Assembly: GCA_028821265.1 (NCBI GenBank)
Contig: JAPPGU010000002.1
Location: 904-64,903, forward strand
Length of the DNA: 64,000 bases
Source: a bacterium
GTDB taxonomy: Bacteria > Actinomycetota > Acidimicrobiia > Spongiisociales > Spongiisociaceae
Direction: 5' to 3'
The notes below the pieces were generated by a model. It saw nothing but the letters and a program-made list of their open reading frames with translations, did not search any database and was not told the origin of the DNA. Below, piece after piece: positions 16,501 to 25,724 of the stretch. Every line of letters starts with the position of its first letter. Position 1 is the first letter of the stretch. The position numbers and the translations under genes were made by a program.

Positions 16501-18269
16501 TGGAACTCCTCGAACGCACCGATGACCGTGAACTGGCCCGGCTGCTCGACCACTACTACGACCGGGTCGGCAGCGCGGAACTGGGCGAGGAGCAGTGGAC
16601 CTACGACCTGTCCGTCCCCGACAACGTCACCTACGTGGCCAACGGCTTCGTGTCGCACAACACCATCGGGTTGGTGATGGATTGCGACACCACCGGGGTG
16701 GAGCCCGACTTCGCCCTGGTCAAGTTCAAGAAGCTGGCCGGCGGGGGCTACTTCAAGATCGCCAACCAGTCCATCGCCCCGTCGCTGCGGCGGCTCGGCT
16801 ATGACAAGCACCAGATCCTCGACATCCTGGCCTACGTGGTAGGCACCTCATCGCTCGAGAACGCTCCGCACATCAACCACCGGAGCCTGGCGGCGAAGGG
16901 CTTCACGGCCGAGGACCTGGCCAGGATCGGGAAGGCCCTTCCCGGCGCATTCGAACTGGAGAACGCCTTCAACGCCTTCACGCTGGGCGCCGACACCTTG
17001 GAACGGCTCGGCTTCACCGAGGAGGAGTACGGAACCTTCGAGTTCAGGCTGCTGCCGGCGCTCGGCTTCAGCAGGGAACAGATACGTGCCGCCAACGACT
17101 TCATCTGCGGCCGCCAGACCATCGAGGGAGCACCGCACCTGCGTGCCGAACACCTGGCGGTGTTCGACTGCGCCAACCGCAACGGCAAGTACGGAGAGCG
17201 GTTCATCCACCACACGGGCCACATCAAGATGATGGCCGCCGCCCAGCCGTTCATCTCGGGGGCCATCTCCAAGACGATCAACATGCCCAACGAGGTCACC
17301 GTCGAGGATGTGGCGGATGCCTACATGATGTCCTGGGATTTGGGCGTCAAGGCAGTGGCCCTCTACCGCGACGGCTCCAAGGCCTCGCAGCCGCTGTCCG
17401 CCTCCTCGGACGACGGGGTGTCGGAGGAGGAGAGCGAGGAAGTCACCGAAGCGCTGCAGGCCGAGGCCGCCCTGGCGTGGGGAGTCTGGCCCAACGGCAC
17501 CTCACCCACCCAGGCCTACGCCCAGCAACCACGTCCCCGCTTCCTGCTACCGGCCCGCCGGACGGGGTGGACCCAGGAGGCTCGGGTCGGTGGCCACAAG
17601 GTGTTCCTCCGCACCGGGGAGTACGACGACGGAACGCTCGGTGAGATATTCATCGACCTGGCGAAGGAGGGCGCCACGCTCCGGGGTGTGCTGGCCAGCT
17701 TTGCCATAGCGGTTAGCAAGGGCCTCCAGTACGGCGTGCCGCTGGAGGAGTACGTGGACACGTTCGTGTACCAGACCTTCGAGCCCCGCGGCATCGTGGA
17801 GAAGCATCCCAACATCAAGATGGCCAATTCGATCGTGGACTACGTGTTCCGGGCGCTCGGGGTCGAGTACCTGCTTCGGGACGAGCTCGCCCAGGTCCCC
17901 CCGGACCGGTCGAGCAGCGACCTGCCCGAGCCCCCGAAGGGAATCGCCACCGAGGCCGGCCGCCAGATGGAGCTGTCGGAGGCGGTCAAGGAACAGGACA
18001 TCGAGGCGCAGGCCACCGCCGCGGCGTTCGCGGACTCCGATCAGCCCGGCCCCGTCCAGCAGCCGCTCAGCTTGGTGCCGGTGGGTACCGGCAACGGATC
18101 GGGCGTGGCAGTCGGGCTGGCTGACGAAACCGCCCTCGCGAGTGCGGGCCCGATGATCGGAGGCCTGATGGGAGACGCCCCGATGTGCTCCTCATGCGGC
18201 CACATGACCATCCGTAACGGCGCCTGCTACGTCTGCCTGACCTGCGGAGACACCACCGGCTGCAGTTAG
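13569..18269 (+). CDS. nrdJ: class II (adenosylcobalamin-dependent) ribonucleotide reductase NrdJ, interrupted by an intein
   Basis: Family motifs are present ([59 protein letters not shown]) plus a C-terminal CxxC...CxxC tail. An RBS GAAAGGAG precedes the ATG ATG at 13569. Confidence 0.9.
   Translation: [1566 protein letters not shown]
15369..16661 (+). mobile_element. 431-aa intein with a LAGLIDADG homing-endonuclease domain
   Basis: It begins CLVGGSLIP directly after extein APTG. It has block B GTPTHRI and two LAGLIDADG motifs ([26 protein letters not shown]). It ends VSHN followed by extein Thr (TIGLVMDCD). Confidence 0.85.
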
Positions 18270-18303
18270 AGGCTCAGGAGAGAGGCAGACTCGGGGAACC
18301 GGT

Positions 18304-19413
18304 TCAACCCTCCAGAGCTGCGATCACCTCCGCCATGAAACGACGCCCTTCCGCGCCGTCGATGATCCGGTGGTCGTAGGAAAGGCTGAGGGGGAATTGG
18401 CGGACGATCTCGAGACGGTCGTTCCTGACCACCGGGCGAGGTCCGGCCCTCCCGACCGACAGGATGGCGGAGGTGCCGTACGGGATGATCGGCGTGCCCA
18501 GCCCGCCCCCCACCGCGCCGATGTTCGAGACGGTGAAGGTCTGGCCCCGCAGCTCGTCCACCCCCAGGGTTCGTTCCCTCGCGCCCTCCGCGAGCCGTCG
18601 AACCTCCCTGGCGACCTCCTCGACCGGCAGGTCCCCGGCGTCACGGACCACCGCCACCACCAGACCGTCGGGCGTGTCGACCGCGAACCCGATGTCGTGG
18701 AAGCGCCGCTCGACGATCTCGTCACCCTCGACCGCCGAGTTGAAGGCGGGAAACCGGACCAGCACCGGAACCAGCCGGGCGATCAGCAACGCCTCCACCG
18801 GGGGCTTGCCAAGCCGTGAGCGCTCCGCCGCCAGGTTGTCCGAGTCCGCGTGACCGTAGGTGGTCACGTGCGGTATCTCCCGCCACGAGCGCGCCAGGTT
18901 CTCGGCGATCCTCCGGCGCAGGCCGGACATGGGCGCCCGCACGGTAGGTCGGGCGGAAACGGCCGCCCTGACGTCCCGTTCGGTGATGCGCCCCTGCGGA
19001 CCGGTGCCCTGAACGCCGGACAGGTCCACCCCCAACTCCTCGGCAAGCTTGCGTACCATCGGCAGGGCTTGAGGCCCTCGGGACACCGCCGCGCCCGCCT
19101 CCGGCAGGGAACCAACCACCGGGGCCGCCGGTTCCTCAGCCACCGAGGCCGCCGCAGCCGGCTCCCATCTCTCGCCGGGCTCCCCGATCACCGCGAGCAG
19201 CGACCCGACCTCGATGGTCTCGCCGTCCTCCCCGCCTCGGTACAGCAACACGCCGGCGAAGGGCGACGGCATATCGATGACCGCCTTGTCGGTCTCAACC
19301 TCCACCAGCGGCTGGTCGAGCCCCACCGCCTCGCCCAGGTCCACCTGCCACGAGACGATCACCGCATCGACAAGACCCTCTCCCACATCAGGAAGATGGA
19401 ACTCGTGTGCCAT
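18304..19413 (-). CDS. 2-oxoacid dehydrogenase E2 (dihydrolipoamide acyltransferase)
   Basis: It has a lipoyl domain (VETDKAVIDMPSP), a peripheral subunit-binding domain and a catalytic domain with SLSYDHRIIDGA. The start is the ATG at 19413 (MAHEFHLPDVGEG). Confidence 0.85.
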   Translation of the reverse strand: MAHEFHLPDVGEGLVDAVIVSWQVDLGEAVGLDQPLVEVETDKAVIDMPSPFAGVLLYRGGEDGETIEVGSLLAVIGEPGERWEPAAAASVAEEPAAPVVGSLPEAGAAVSRGPQALPMVRKLAEELGVDLSGVQGTGPQGRITERDVRAAVSARPTVRAPMSGLRRRIAENLARSWREIPHVTTYGHADSDNLAAERSRLGKPPVEALLIARLVPVLVRFPAFNSAVEGDEIVERRFHDIGFAVDTPDGLVVAVVRDAGDLPVEEVAREVRRLAEGARERTLGVDELRGQTFTVSNIGAVGGGLGTPIIPYGTSAILSVGRAGPRPVVRNDRLEIVRQFPLSLSYDHRIIDGAEGRRFMAEVIAALEG

Positions 19414-19414
19414 C

Positions 19415-20380
19415 TCAGGCCTCCAGAACGGACCGGGCCGCGGCGACGATCCGGCCCGCGGAGGGCAGGTAGTGGTGCTCGGCGAGACGGAGGGGAACGG
19501 TGACATCCCAGCCCGTCACCCGCTGCACCGGGGCCCGGAGCGAGTACAGGGCCCTCTCCTGTATCAGGGCGACGATCTCGGCTCCGTAACCGCCCGTGAG
19601 CGGGGCTTCATGGATCACCACCGCCCGCCCGGTCTTACGCACCGATGCCACCACCATGTCGGCATCGAGGGGGACGAGACTCCGCAGGTCGATGACCTCG
19701 ACGGAGACTCCGTCCGCGACCAGGCGGTGGGCGGCCTCCATCGTCTCGCGCATCATCGCACCGTAGGAGATGAGGGAGATGTCGGAACCTCGCAACTCGA
19801 GCATGCCGGCTCCGATGGGAGTGACGTAGCGACCGTCCGGTACCTCGCCCCGCGCCGCCCGGTACGCCCGGATGGGCTCCAGGAATATCACCGGGTCGGG
19901 ATCATCGACCGCCGCCAGGAGCAGGCCCTTGGCGTTCTCGGGGGTGGAGGCGACCACCACCTTGAGACCGGGAATGTGCGCGTAGATGGCCTCGGTGGAC
20001 TCGCTGTGATGTTCCGACGCCCCGATCCCCGCGCCGTACGGAAGCCGGATGACCATGGGAGCCGTGAACCGGTGCCTCGACCGGCTCCGGATCCGGGCGA
20101 CATGGCTGATCACCTGGTCGTAGGCGGGATACGAGAACCCCATGAACTGCATCTCGACGATGGGGCGCAGGCCGGCGATCGCCATGCCGAATGCGGCGCC
20201 CACGATCCCCGACTCGGCGACCGGCGTGTCGACCACCCGCTCGGAGCCGTGCTTGCGAGCCAGGCCGTCGGTGATGCGGAACACGCCCCCGGTCGTCCCG
20301 ATGTCCTCGCCCATCAGCACCACCGTGGGGTCATCCAGCGCCATGTCGAGGGCCGAGTTCAGAGCCTGGGCCAGGGTCAT
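19415..20380 (-). CDS. 2-oxoacid dehydrogenase E1 beta subunit
   Basis: MTLAQALNSALDMALDDPTVVLMGEDIG... is typical of E1 beta. Its start overlaps the E1 alpha stop (TGATG). Confidence 0.9.
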   Translation of the reverse strand: MTLAQALNSALDMALDDPTVVLMGEDIGTTGGVFRITDGLARKHGSERVVDTPVAESGIVGAAFGMAIAGLRPIVEMQFMGFSYPAYDQVISHVARIRSRSRHRFTAPMVIRLPYGAGIGASEHHSESTEAIYAHIPGLKVVVASTPENAKGLLLAAVDDPDPVIFLEPIRAYRAARGEVPDGRYVTPIGAGMLELRGSDISLISYGAMMRETMEAAHRLVADGVSVEVIDLRSLVPLDADMVVASVRKTGRAVVIHEAPLTGGYGAEIVALIQERALYSLRAPVQRVTGWDVTVPLRLAEHHYLPSAGRIVAAARSVLEA

Positions 20381-21426
20381 CACGCCCATCGGGTACTCCG
20401 CTCGGCGCGGCGGCGCTGGGTCTCCAGCGGTCCGGTCGGTTCCTCGTACATGGCGTCGAAGATCTCGCCCGCCGAGAACGACACGACCGCTTCGGCCTCG
20501 GCCAACGCTGCCTCGATGAGCCCGGAAGCCTGGCTCTCGAGCCCCGACTGGACATCCTCGTCCCAGGCCCCCTGCCGCTCCAGCCACAGGCGAACCCGCT
20601 CCAGCGGGTCTTTGCCCAGCCATCCTGCCGCATCCTCCCGGGCCCGGTAACGGCGGTCGTCATCGGCCGTCGTGTGGCCGCGGACCCGGTACGTCAGGGC
20701 CTCGATCAGCGTGGCCCCCTCCCCGGCCCGGGCGCGGTCCACCGCCTCGGCCACCACCTCCTCGACCGCGAGGACGTCGTTGCCGTCGACCAGCACACCG
20801 GGGAGACCATACGCTTCCGCCTTCTGGGCGATGGTCGCGGAGGCCGTCTGGCGGGATCGGGGCATGGAGATGGCCCAACCGTTGTTCTGGCAGAAGAAGA
20901 CGGTCGGCGTGCCGTAGACCCCGGCGAAGTTCATCGCCTCGTGGAAGTCCCCCTCCGAGGTGGCCCCGTCGCCGAACATGGTCAGCGCCACCGCGCCGGT
21001 CCCCTTGATCTTCTCGGCCCAGGCAATCCCGACCGCGTGGATCATGTGCCCGCCCACCGTTATCGAGGGCGGGGTCACGTTCACGCCTTCAGGCGGATGG
21101 CCGCCCCGCTCGTCGCCCATGCGGGTGAGAAGCAGGTTCTGCCACGGGTAGCCGTGAAAGCGCATGGCCGCCGCATCCCGGTAGCTGGCCACCAGCCAGT
21201 CCTCCTCGGCCAGCGGCGCCACCGCGCCGACCTGCGACGCCTCCTGTCCCTCGTAGGGGGCATAGGTAGCCAGCCGCCCCTGACGTTGCAGGGCGGAGGC
21301 CTTGCGGTCGTACAGGCGGGCCTCGGTCATCGCGGCGTACCTGGCCACCATCCTGGAAACATCCGGCTCCCGGCCATCGATGACGGTACCGTCGGCAGCC
21401 AGTACCTGCCGGGGCTCGAGACGCAT
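20380..21426 (-). CDS. 2-oxoacid dehydrogenase E1 alpha subunit (ThDP-dependent)
   Basis: It carries the ThDP motif GDGATSEGDFHEAMNFA...NNGWAIS. It is the first gene of the E1a-E1b-E2 operon. Confidence 0.9.
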   Translation of the reverse strand: MRLEPRQVLAADGTVIDGREPDVSRMVARYAAMTEARLYDRKASALQRQGRLATYAPYEGQEASQVGAVAPLAEEDWLVASYRDAAAMRFHGYPWQNLLLTRMGDERGGHPPEGVNVTPPSITVGGHMIHAVGIAWAEKIKGTGAVALTMFGDGATSEGDFHEAMNFAGVYGTPTVFFCQNNGWAISMPRSRQTASATIAQKAEAYGLPGVLVDGNDVLAVEEVVAEAVDRARAGEGATLIEALTYRVRGHTTADDDRRYRAREDAAGWLGKDPLERVRLWLERQGAWDEDVQSGLESQASGLIEAALAEAEAVVSFSAGEIFDAMYEEPTGPLETQRRRAERSTRWA

Positions 21427-21517
21427 GACCTGAAGGCTACAGTGTCCAGCAGCGAAGCCCGAGTCTTACATCGGCTCGATGGTCCGGCGAAGGCGCCGAG
21501 GACGGAAGGGACACCTA

Positions 21518-21847
21518 ATGAGCGACACGACGCTGATCGACCTGACACCGGTGGCGGCCGAAAAGGTGATCGAGTTGAGCGAGGGCGCACCGGAAAGGGC
21601 CTATCTGCATGTCTTTCCCGCCGGGCAGGGCTGCTGCCGGACCATGTACGGGTTGGCCTTCATGGCCGAGGCCGGGAACGACTTCGAGGTGTTCGAGGCC
21701 CACGGAGTGAAGATGGCGGTGGCGAACGAGACCCGCGAGGCCGTGAAGGGCGTGGCGATCGACTACGTGGAGACGCCCCAGGGCGAGGGCTTCACCGTCA
21801 TGAAGGCGAACCCGTCAGGCGCCGGCGGTGGCTGCGGATGCCATTGA
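21518..21847 (+). CDS. HesB/IscA-type iron-sulfur cluster insertion protein
   Basis: 109 aa with a C-terminal GGCGCH and an internal Cys. An RBS GGAAGGG precedes the ATG at 21518. Confidence 0.8.
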   Translation: MSDTTLIDLTPVAAEKVIELSEGAPERAYLHVFPAGQGCCRTMYGLAFMAEAGNDFEVFEAHGVKMAVANETREAVKGVAIDYVETPQGEGFTVMKANPSGAGGGCGCH

Positions 21848-21974
21848 CAGCAGGTGCAGCCGGGTCCTCTGGCTGAGGGGTCCGACTCCGGCCCGTAGCG
21901 GTGCGCCGTCCCGGGCGCGCATCATCCCGGTATCTGCCTGTCGCAACCGGTCTGTAACCCTCCGTTTCGAGTAG

Positions 21975-22799
21975 CTACAGAGCGAATCCGAAGTCGCGGG
22001 CCGCGTCCATGAGGGCCAACTTGTCGTCATGGGTACCCGTCCGCCTCCCGATGATCAGCGCGCAGTTGACCTCGTAGGTACCGCTTGGGAACTCGCGACT
22101 CCGGCTGCCGGGGATGACGATCGCTCCGGCCGGGACCTCGCCCTTGTAGGTGACGGCGGGATCTTGAGTCACATCGACGATGTGGGTCGAGGCGGTGATC
22201 GAGTTCTGGGCCGCCAGGACCGCACCCTCGCGAACGATCACCCCCTCCACGACGATGCAACGGGAGCCTATGAAGGCGTCGTCCTCGACGATGACCGGCC
22301 TCGCTCCGGGCGGTTCCAGGACGCCGCCGATGCCCACCCCGCCGGCCAGATGCACCCGGCGACCTATCTGGGCCCCGCTGCCGACGGTGGCCCAGGTGTC
22401 CACCATGGTGCCCGTACCGACGTAGGCGCCGATGTTGACGAAGCTGGGCATCATCACCACTCCGGGCTCAAGGTGGCTCCCGTAACGGGCGACACCGCCG
22501 GCCACCACTCGGTTGCCCCGGCCTGCGTAGTCGTGCTTCAGGGGAATCTTGTCGTGGAACTCGAGCGGCCCGGCGTGCAGTGTCTCCATCTCCGGCACCC
22601 GGAAGTAGAGGTTGATGGCCTGCTGGATCCAGCCGTGGACGACCCAGTCGCCGTCCACCTTCTCCGCCAGCCGGATCTCGCCCCTGTCCAGCAACTCAAT
22701 GGTCTGCTCGACCGCCGACACCTCGTGGTCCTCCATCGCGCTGGGATGCTCCGCAGCCGCGACGATGACCCTTTCGAGATCCGTGGTTGTCATGGTCAT
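21975..22799 (-). CDS. dapD: 2,3,4,5-tetrahydropyridine-2,6-dicarboxylate N-succinyltransferase
   Basis: It has hexapeptide-repeat left-handed beta-helix sequence (GAYVGTGTMVDTWATVGSGAQIG...) and a DapD-type N-terminal domain. Confidence 0.85.
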   Translation of the reverse strand: MTMTTTDLERVIVAAAEHPSAMEDHEVSAVEQTIELLDRGEIRLAEKVDGDWVVHGWIQQAINLYFRVPEMETLHAGPLEFHDKIPLKHDYAGRGNRVVAGGVARYGSHLEPGVVMMPSFVNIGAYVGTGTMVDTWATVGSGAQIGRRVHLAGGVGIGGVLEPPGARPVIVEDDAFIGSRCIVVEGVIVREGAVLAAQNSITASTHIVDVTQDPAVTYKGEVPAGAIVIPGSRSREFPSGTYEVNCALIIGRRTGTHDDKLALMDAARDFGFAL

Positions 22800-22895
22800 C
22801 GAACTCCTTCCGGTGGGTCTGCCAGCGGGTCGGTTACTGGAGAGGCAGCATATCGCGATCCGCCCTTCCGGAACACGACCCCCCGGACTGGCCGG

Positions 22896-24368
22896 CTAAT
22901 CGCTTTGTCTGTCCGTTGGGTGCTGCGAACGGTCCGGGCTCGAGTGTGCGCGGATCGACCGACCGGATCGGCGAGCGCGCATCCACCGCCTGATCCACCA
23001 ATAAAGGGCGCCGATCACAGCCAGGACGGGGATGAAGGGCAGCAGCAGGCCGATCGTCGCCACGACGTAGCCGAGAGCTCGGATCACGCCACGGTAACCG
23101 GTACGGACCGAGTCGACGAAGGACGGCGGTCCCTCATCCTCGTCCACCACCACGAAGGTGATGGCGTCGTTGGTCACCGTGTCCAGCGGGACGCCATCAT
23201 CCGGGACCGGGGTGCCGGAGACCTGGAATCCGACCTCGACGCCACCCCTGGTCGCCGCTCGGCCGGCGAGCCGCCCGTCTCGTATGGCCACGTGCAATAC
23301 GGCGCTGAGCAACTCTCCCGGTTCGATCCTGTCGAAGCTTCCCGCCACCAGTTGGAACGAACGGGGGTCGGTGCGGCCGTCCTGGGGACGTAGCCGGAGG
23401 GCCTCCGAGGACACCTCCACGTCGGTGAGGGCCACCTCGCCGGTGTTCTCCACCTGGAGGCAGAAGTAGGCGTCGTCATCGGGGGACGTCACGAGCACCT
23501 CGTCGCCCAGGCAGGGGTCCTCGTCGGAGTCGGATACCCATGCGTACACGTCGATGCCGGTCTCGGGGACCGGTTCATGGAGCTTGAGGATGGCCATCTC
23601 GATGGTGGCCAGGCTGACCAGATCGGTCAGGGTGCGCAGGCGCCCGCGCAGGGTTTCGAGATCGGTCTCCCTCTGGACGAGCTCCCGCTCGATCAGGGCC
23701 ACGTTCTCGAGGTCGGGAGCCTCCTGCAGCAGGCTTCTCAGGCGCAGGACGCTCGCCTCCGCAGTGGCGATCCGGCTTCTGAAGTCGACGATCCGCTCGG
23801 TCACGTCGTCGGCGGTGATCTGCTTGTCGACCAGTTCGCCCACGCGGGAGAGGCTCTCCAGAACCGGCATGAAGTCAGCAGGCATCACCTTGAAGGTCAG
23901 GCGGGATTCGGGCTCGGGGCTACTGCTGACCTGCTGCCCGAAGACGAATCCCCCCATTCCCTGCACGATGTTGACGGCCTCACGTGAGGCCGCGTCGACA
24001 TCCGACGCCCGCACCGAAATGGTTCCCCGATAGATGATGTCACGCCCGAGGTCGGCCGGTGTCGTCGCAGGCAATCCGGCAGCCGTCGATGACGGAAGTG
24101 AGGATTCCCCGTCTACGGCTTCTTCCATCTCGGCGGAGGCCTCCTTGACCACCGCCATCGCCGCGGTCGTGGTCACCATGACCTCGTCCGAAAGGCTGTC
24201 GGGGGCCATGGTGGCAGCCATCGCCATCTCGGACTCTTCGCCGGAATCCTCCCCGCCGCACGCAGCCACCAACAACAGGGCCAGGACGATGAGGCCGTAG
24301 CGCAGCCGGGCCCACACCCCGCCGGTGCTACGACCCGCCCGCCGGTGACGCTCCCTACCAATCGCCAT
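22896..24368 (-). CDS. DUF4349-like lipoprotein with coiled-coil and a C-terminal membrane helix
   Basis: It has a lipobox LLVAAC, a central VTERIVDFRSRIATAEASVLRLRSLL... segment and a C-terminal hydrophobic helix. The start could be 24368 or 24389. Confidence 0.55.
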   Translation of the reverse strand: MAIGRERHRRAGRSTGGVWARLRYGLIVLALLLVAACGGEDSGEESEMAMAATMAPDSLSDEVMVTTTAAMAVVKEASAEMEEAVDGESSLPSSTAAGLPATTPADLGRDIIYRGTISVRASDVDAASREAVNIVQGMGGFVFGQQVSSSPEPESRLTFKVMPADFMPVLESLSRVGELVDKQITADDVTERIVDFRSRIATAEASVLRLRSLLQEAPDLENVALIERELVQRETDLETLRGRLRTLTDLVSLATIEMAILKLHEPVPETGIDVYAWVSDSDEDPCLGDEVLVTSPDDDAYFCLQVENTGEVALTDVEVSSEALRLRPQDGRTDPRSFQLVAGSFDRIEPGELLSAVLHVAIRDGRLAGRAATRGGVEVGFQVSGTPVPDDGVPLDTVTNDAITFVVVDEDEGPPSFVDSVRTGYRGVIRALGYVVATIGLLLPFIPVLAVIGALYWWIRRWMRARRSGRSIRAHSSPDRSQHPTDRQSD

Positions 24369-24529
24369 GGCAACCACTCTATCCGTCACCTAACGCTATG
24401 CCCGGAACCGGGTTGGCGCCAGGATGCGGCCGGCCGCATATGATCCTGCCCTGAGAAGCCGCCGCTCCCGGCTGCGGTCCCAACCACCGGAGCCGGGCGC
24501 GATTCCCGACGCCCCACAAGGAACAAGAC

Positions 24530-25621
24530 ATGCGCATTACGGCACCAGTTCTCGTGAAGGCGCGCCAACCCATGCAGATGCTCGAGCTGGACCTCGACGA
24601 TCCCCGAGACGGTGAGGTACGGGTCAAGATGACCGCCAGCGGGGTGTGCCACAGCTGCCTGCTCGCCGCCGACGGCACCCACTCCGGCGCGCCGAAACCG
24701 ATCGTGCTCGGTGACGAAGGCTCCGGCATCGTCGACGCGGTGGGCCCGGGATGTCGCACGCTGTCGCCGGGGGACCACGTGATCATCTCCTGGGCGCCCA
24801 GCTGCCTGACCTGCCGACCGTGCCATGAGGGCTATCCCGCCCTCTGCCTCAACGAGCCGCTGTTCGGCCGGATGCCGGATGGAACAACCCGCTTCCACTA
24901 CCGGGGCACGGATGTCTACCACTACGGACCGGCCACCTATGGCCCCTACATCGTGGTCCCCGAGGAAGGGGCCGTGAGAATCCGGAAGGACTTCCCGCTC
25001 GACCTGGCGGCGCTGATCGGATGCTCGGTCACCACCGGCTTCGGGGCGGTGGTCAATACAGCCCGCGTCACGGAGGGCCAAAGCGTGGCGATCCTGGGAT
25101 GCGGGGGCATCGGCCTCAACGCGGTCCAGGCTGCCGCCCTCGCCGGGGCCGACCCGATCATCGGTGTCGACGTCATCGACTCCAAGCTGGACTTTGCGCG
25201 AGAGTTCGGCGCCACCCACACCGTCAACTCCACCAAGGAGGACCTGGTCGGCCGGGTCATGGGGCTGACCGGTCACGGAGTGGACGCGTGCATCGTCGCG
25301 GTCGGAAGCACCGAGGCCATGGAACAGGGCCTCCGCATCCTGGCCCCGCAGGGAGTCGAGGTGGTGATCGGCCTGACCGGCGTTGACGAGACCTTCGCAG
25401 TGAACCCCATGCATCTCATCGCGGGAGAGCGCCGGGTCCTCGGCTCCAACTACGGCAGCAGCAACCCCGCCGTGGAGTTCCCGAGGATGGTCGAGCTGGC
25501 CATGGCGGGCAGGCTGAGGATCGGAGATCTGATCACCCGGCGATACGACCTCGACCAGGCCAACGAAGCCTTCCGCGCCCTCGCAGCCGGTGAACAGGCC
25601 CGCGGCCTGATCGTCTTCTAG
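24530..25621 (+). CDS. zinc-dependent alcohol dehydrogenase (MDR superfamily)
   Basis: GVCHSC, GDEGSG, a structural-zinc Cys cluster (CLTCRPCHEGYPALC) and a GCGGIG Rossmann motif. Confidence 0.85.
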   Translation: MRITAPVLVKARQPMQMLELDLDDPRDGEVRVKMTASGVCHSCLLAADGTHSGAPKPIVLGDEGSGIVDAVGPGCRTLSPGDHVIISWAPSCLTCRPCHEGYPALCLNEPLFGRMPDGTTRFHYRGTDVYHYGPATYGPYIVVPEEGAVRIRKDFPLDLAALIGCSVTTGFGAVVNTARVTEGQSVAILGCGGIGLNAVQAAALAGADPIIGVDVIDSKLDFAREFGATHTVNSTKEDLVGRVMGLTGHGVDACIVAVGSTEAMEQGLRILAPQGVEVVIGLTGVDETFAVNPMHLIAGERRVLGSNYGSSNPAVEFPRMVELAMAGRLRIGDLITRRYDLDQANEAFRALAAGEQARGLIVF

Positions 25622-25724
25622 GAGGGTGCCGGAGAGCGCCCGGTTGGCCCGAACGTCGGCAGCGAGACCTCCGGTCCGAGGCCACATAGGGCCAACCAAT
25701 CCCCGTCTTCTTCGGCGCCCTTCC
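25620..25724. repeat. about 105-nt nested hairpin element (copy 1 of a repeat family)
   Basis: The outer arms AGGAGGGTGCCGGAGA / TCTTCGGCGCCCTTCC pair with G-U wobbles. The inner arms GGTTGGCCC / GGGCCAACC form a perfect 9 bp. It starts on the stop codon of the ADH gene and resembles the element at 48597..48695. Confidence 0.6.
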
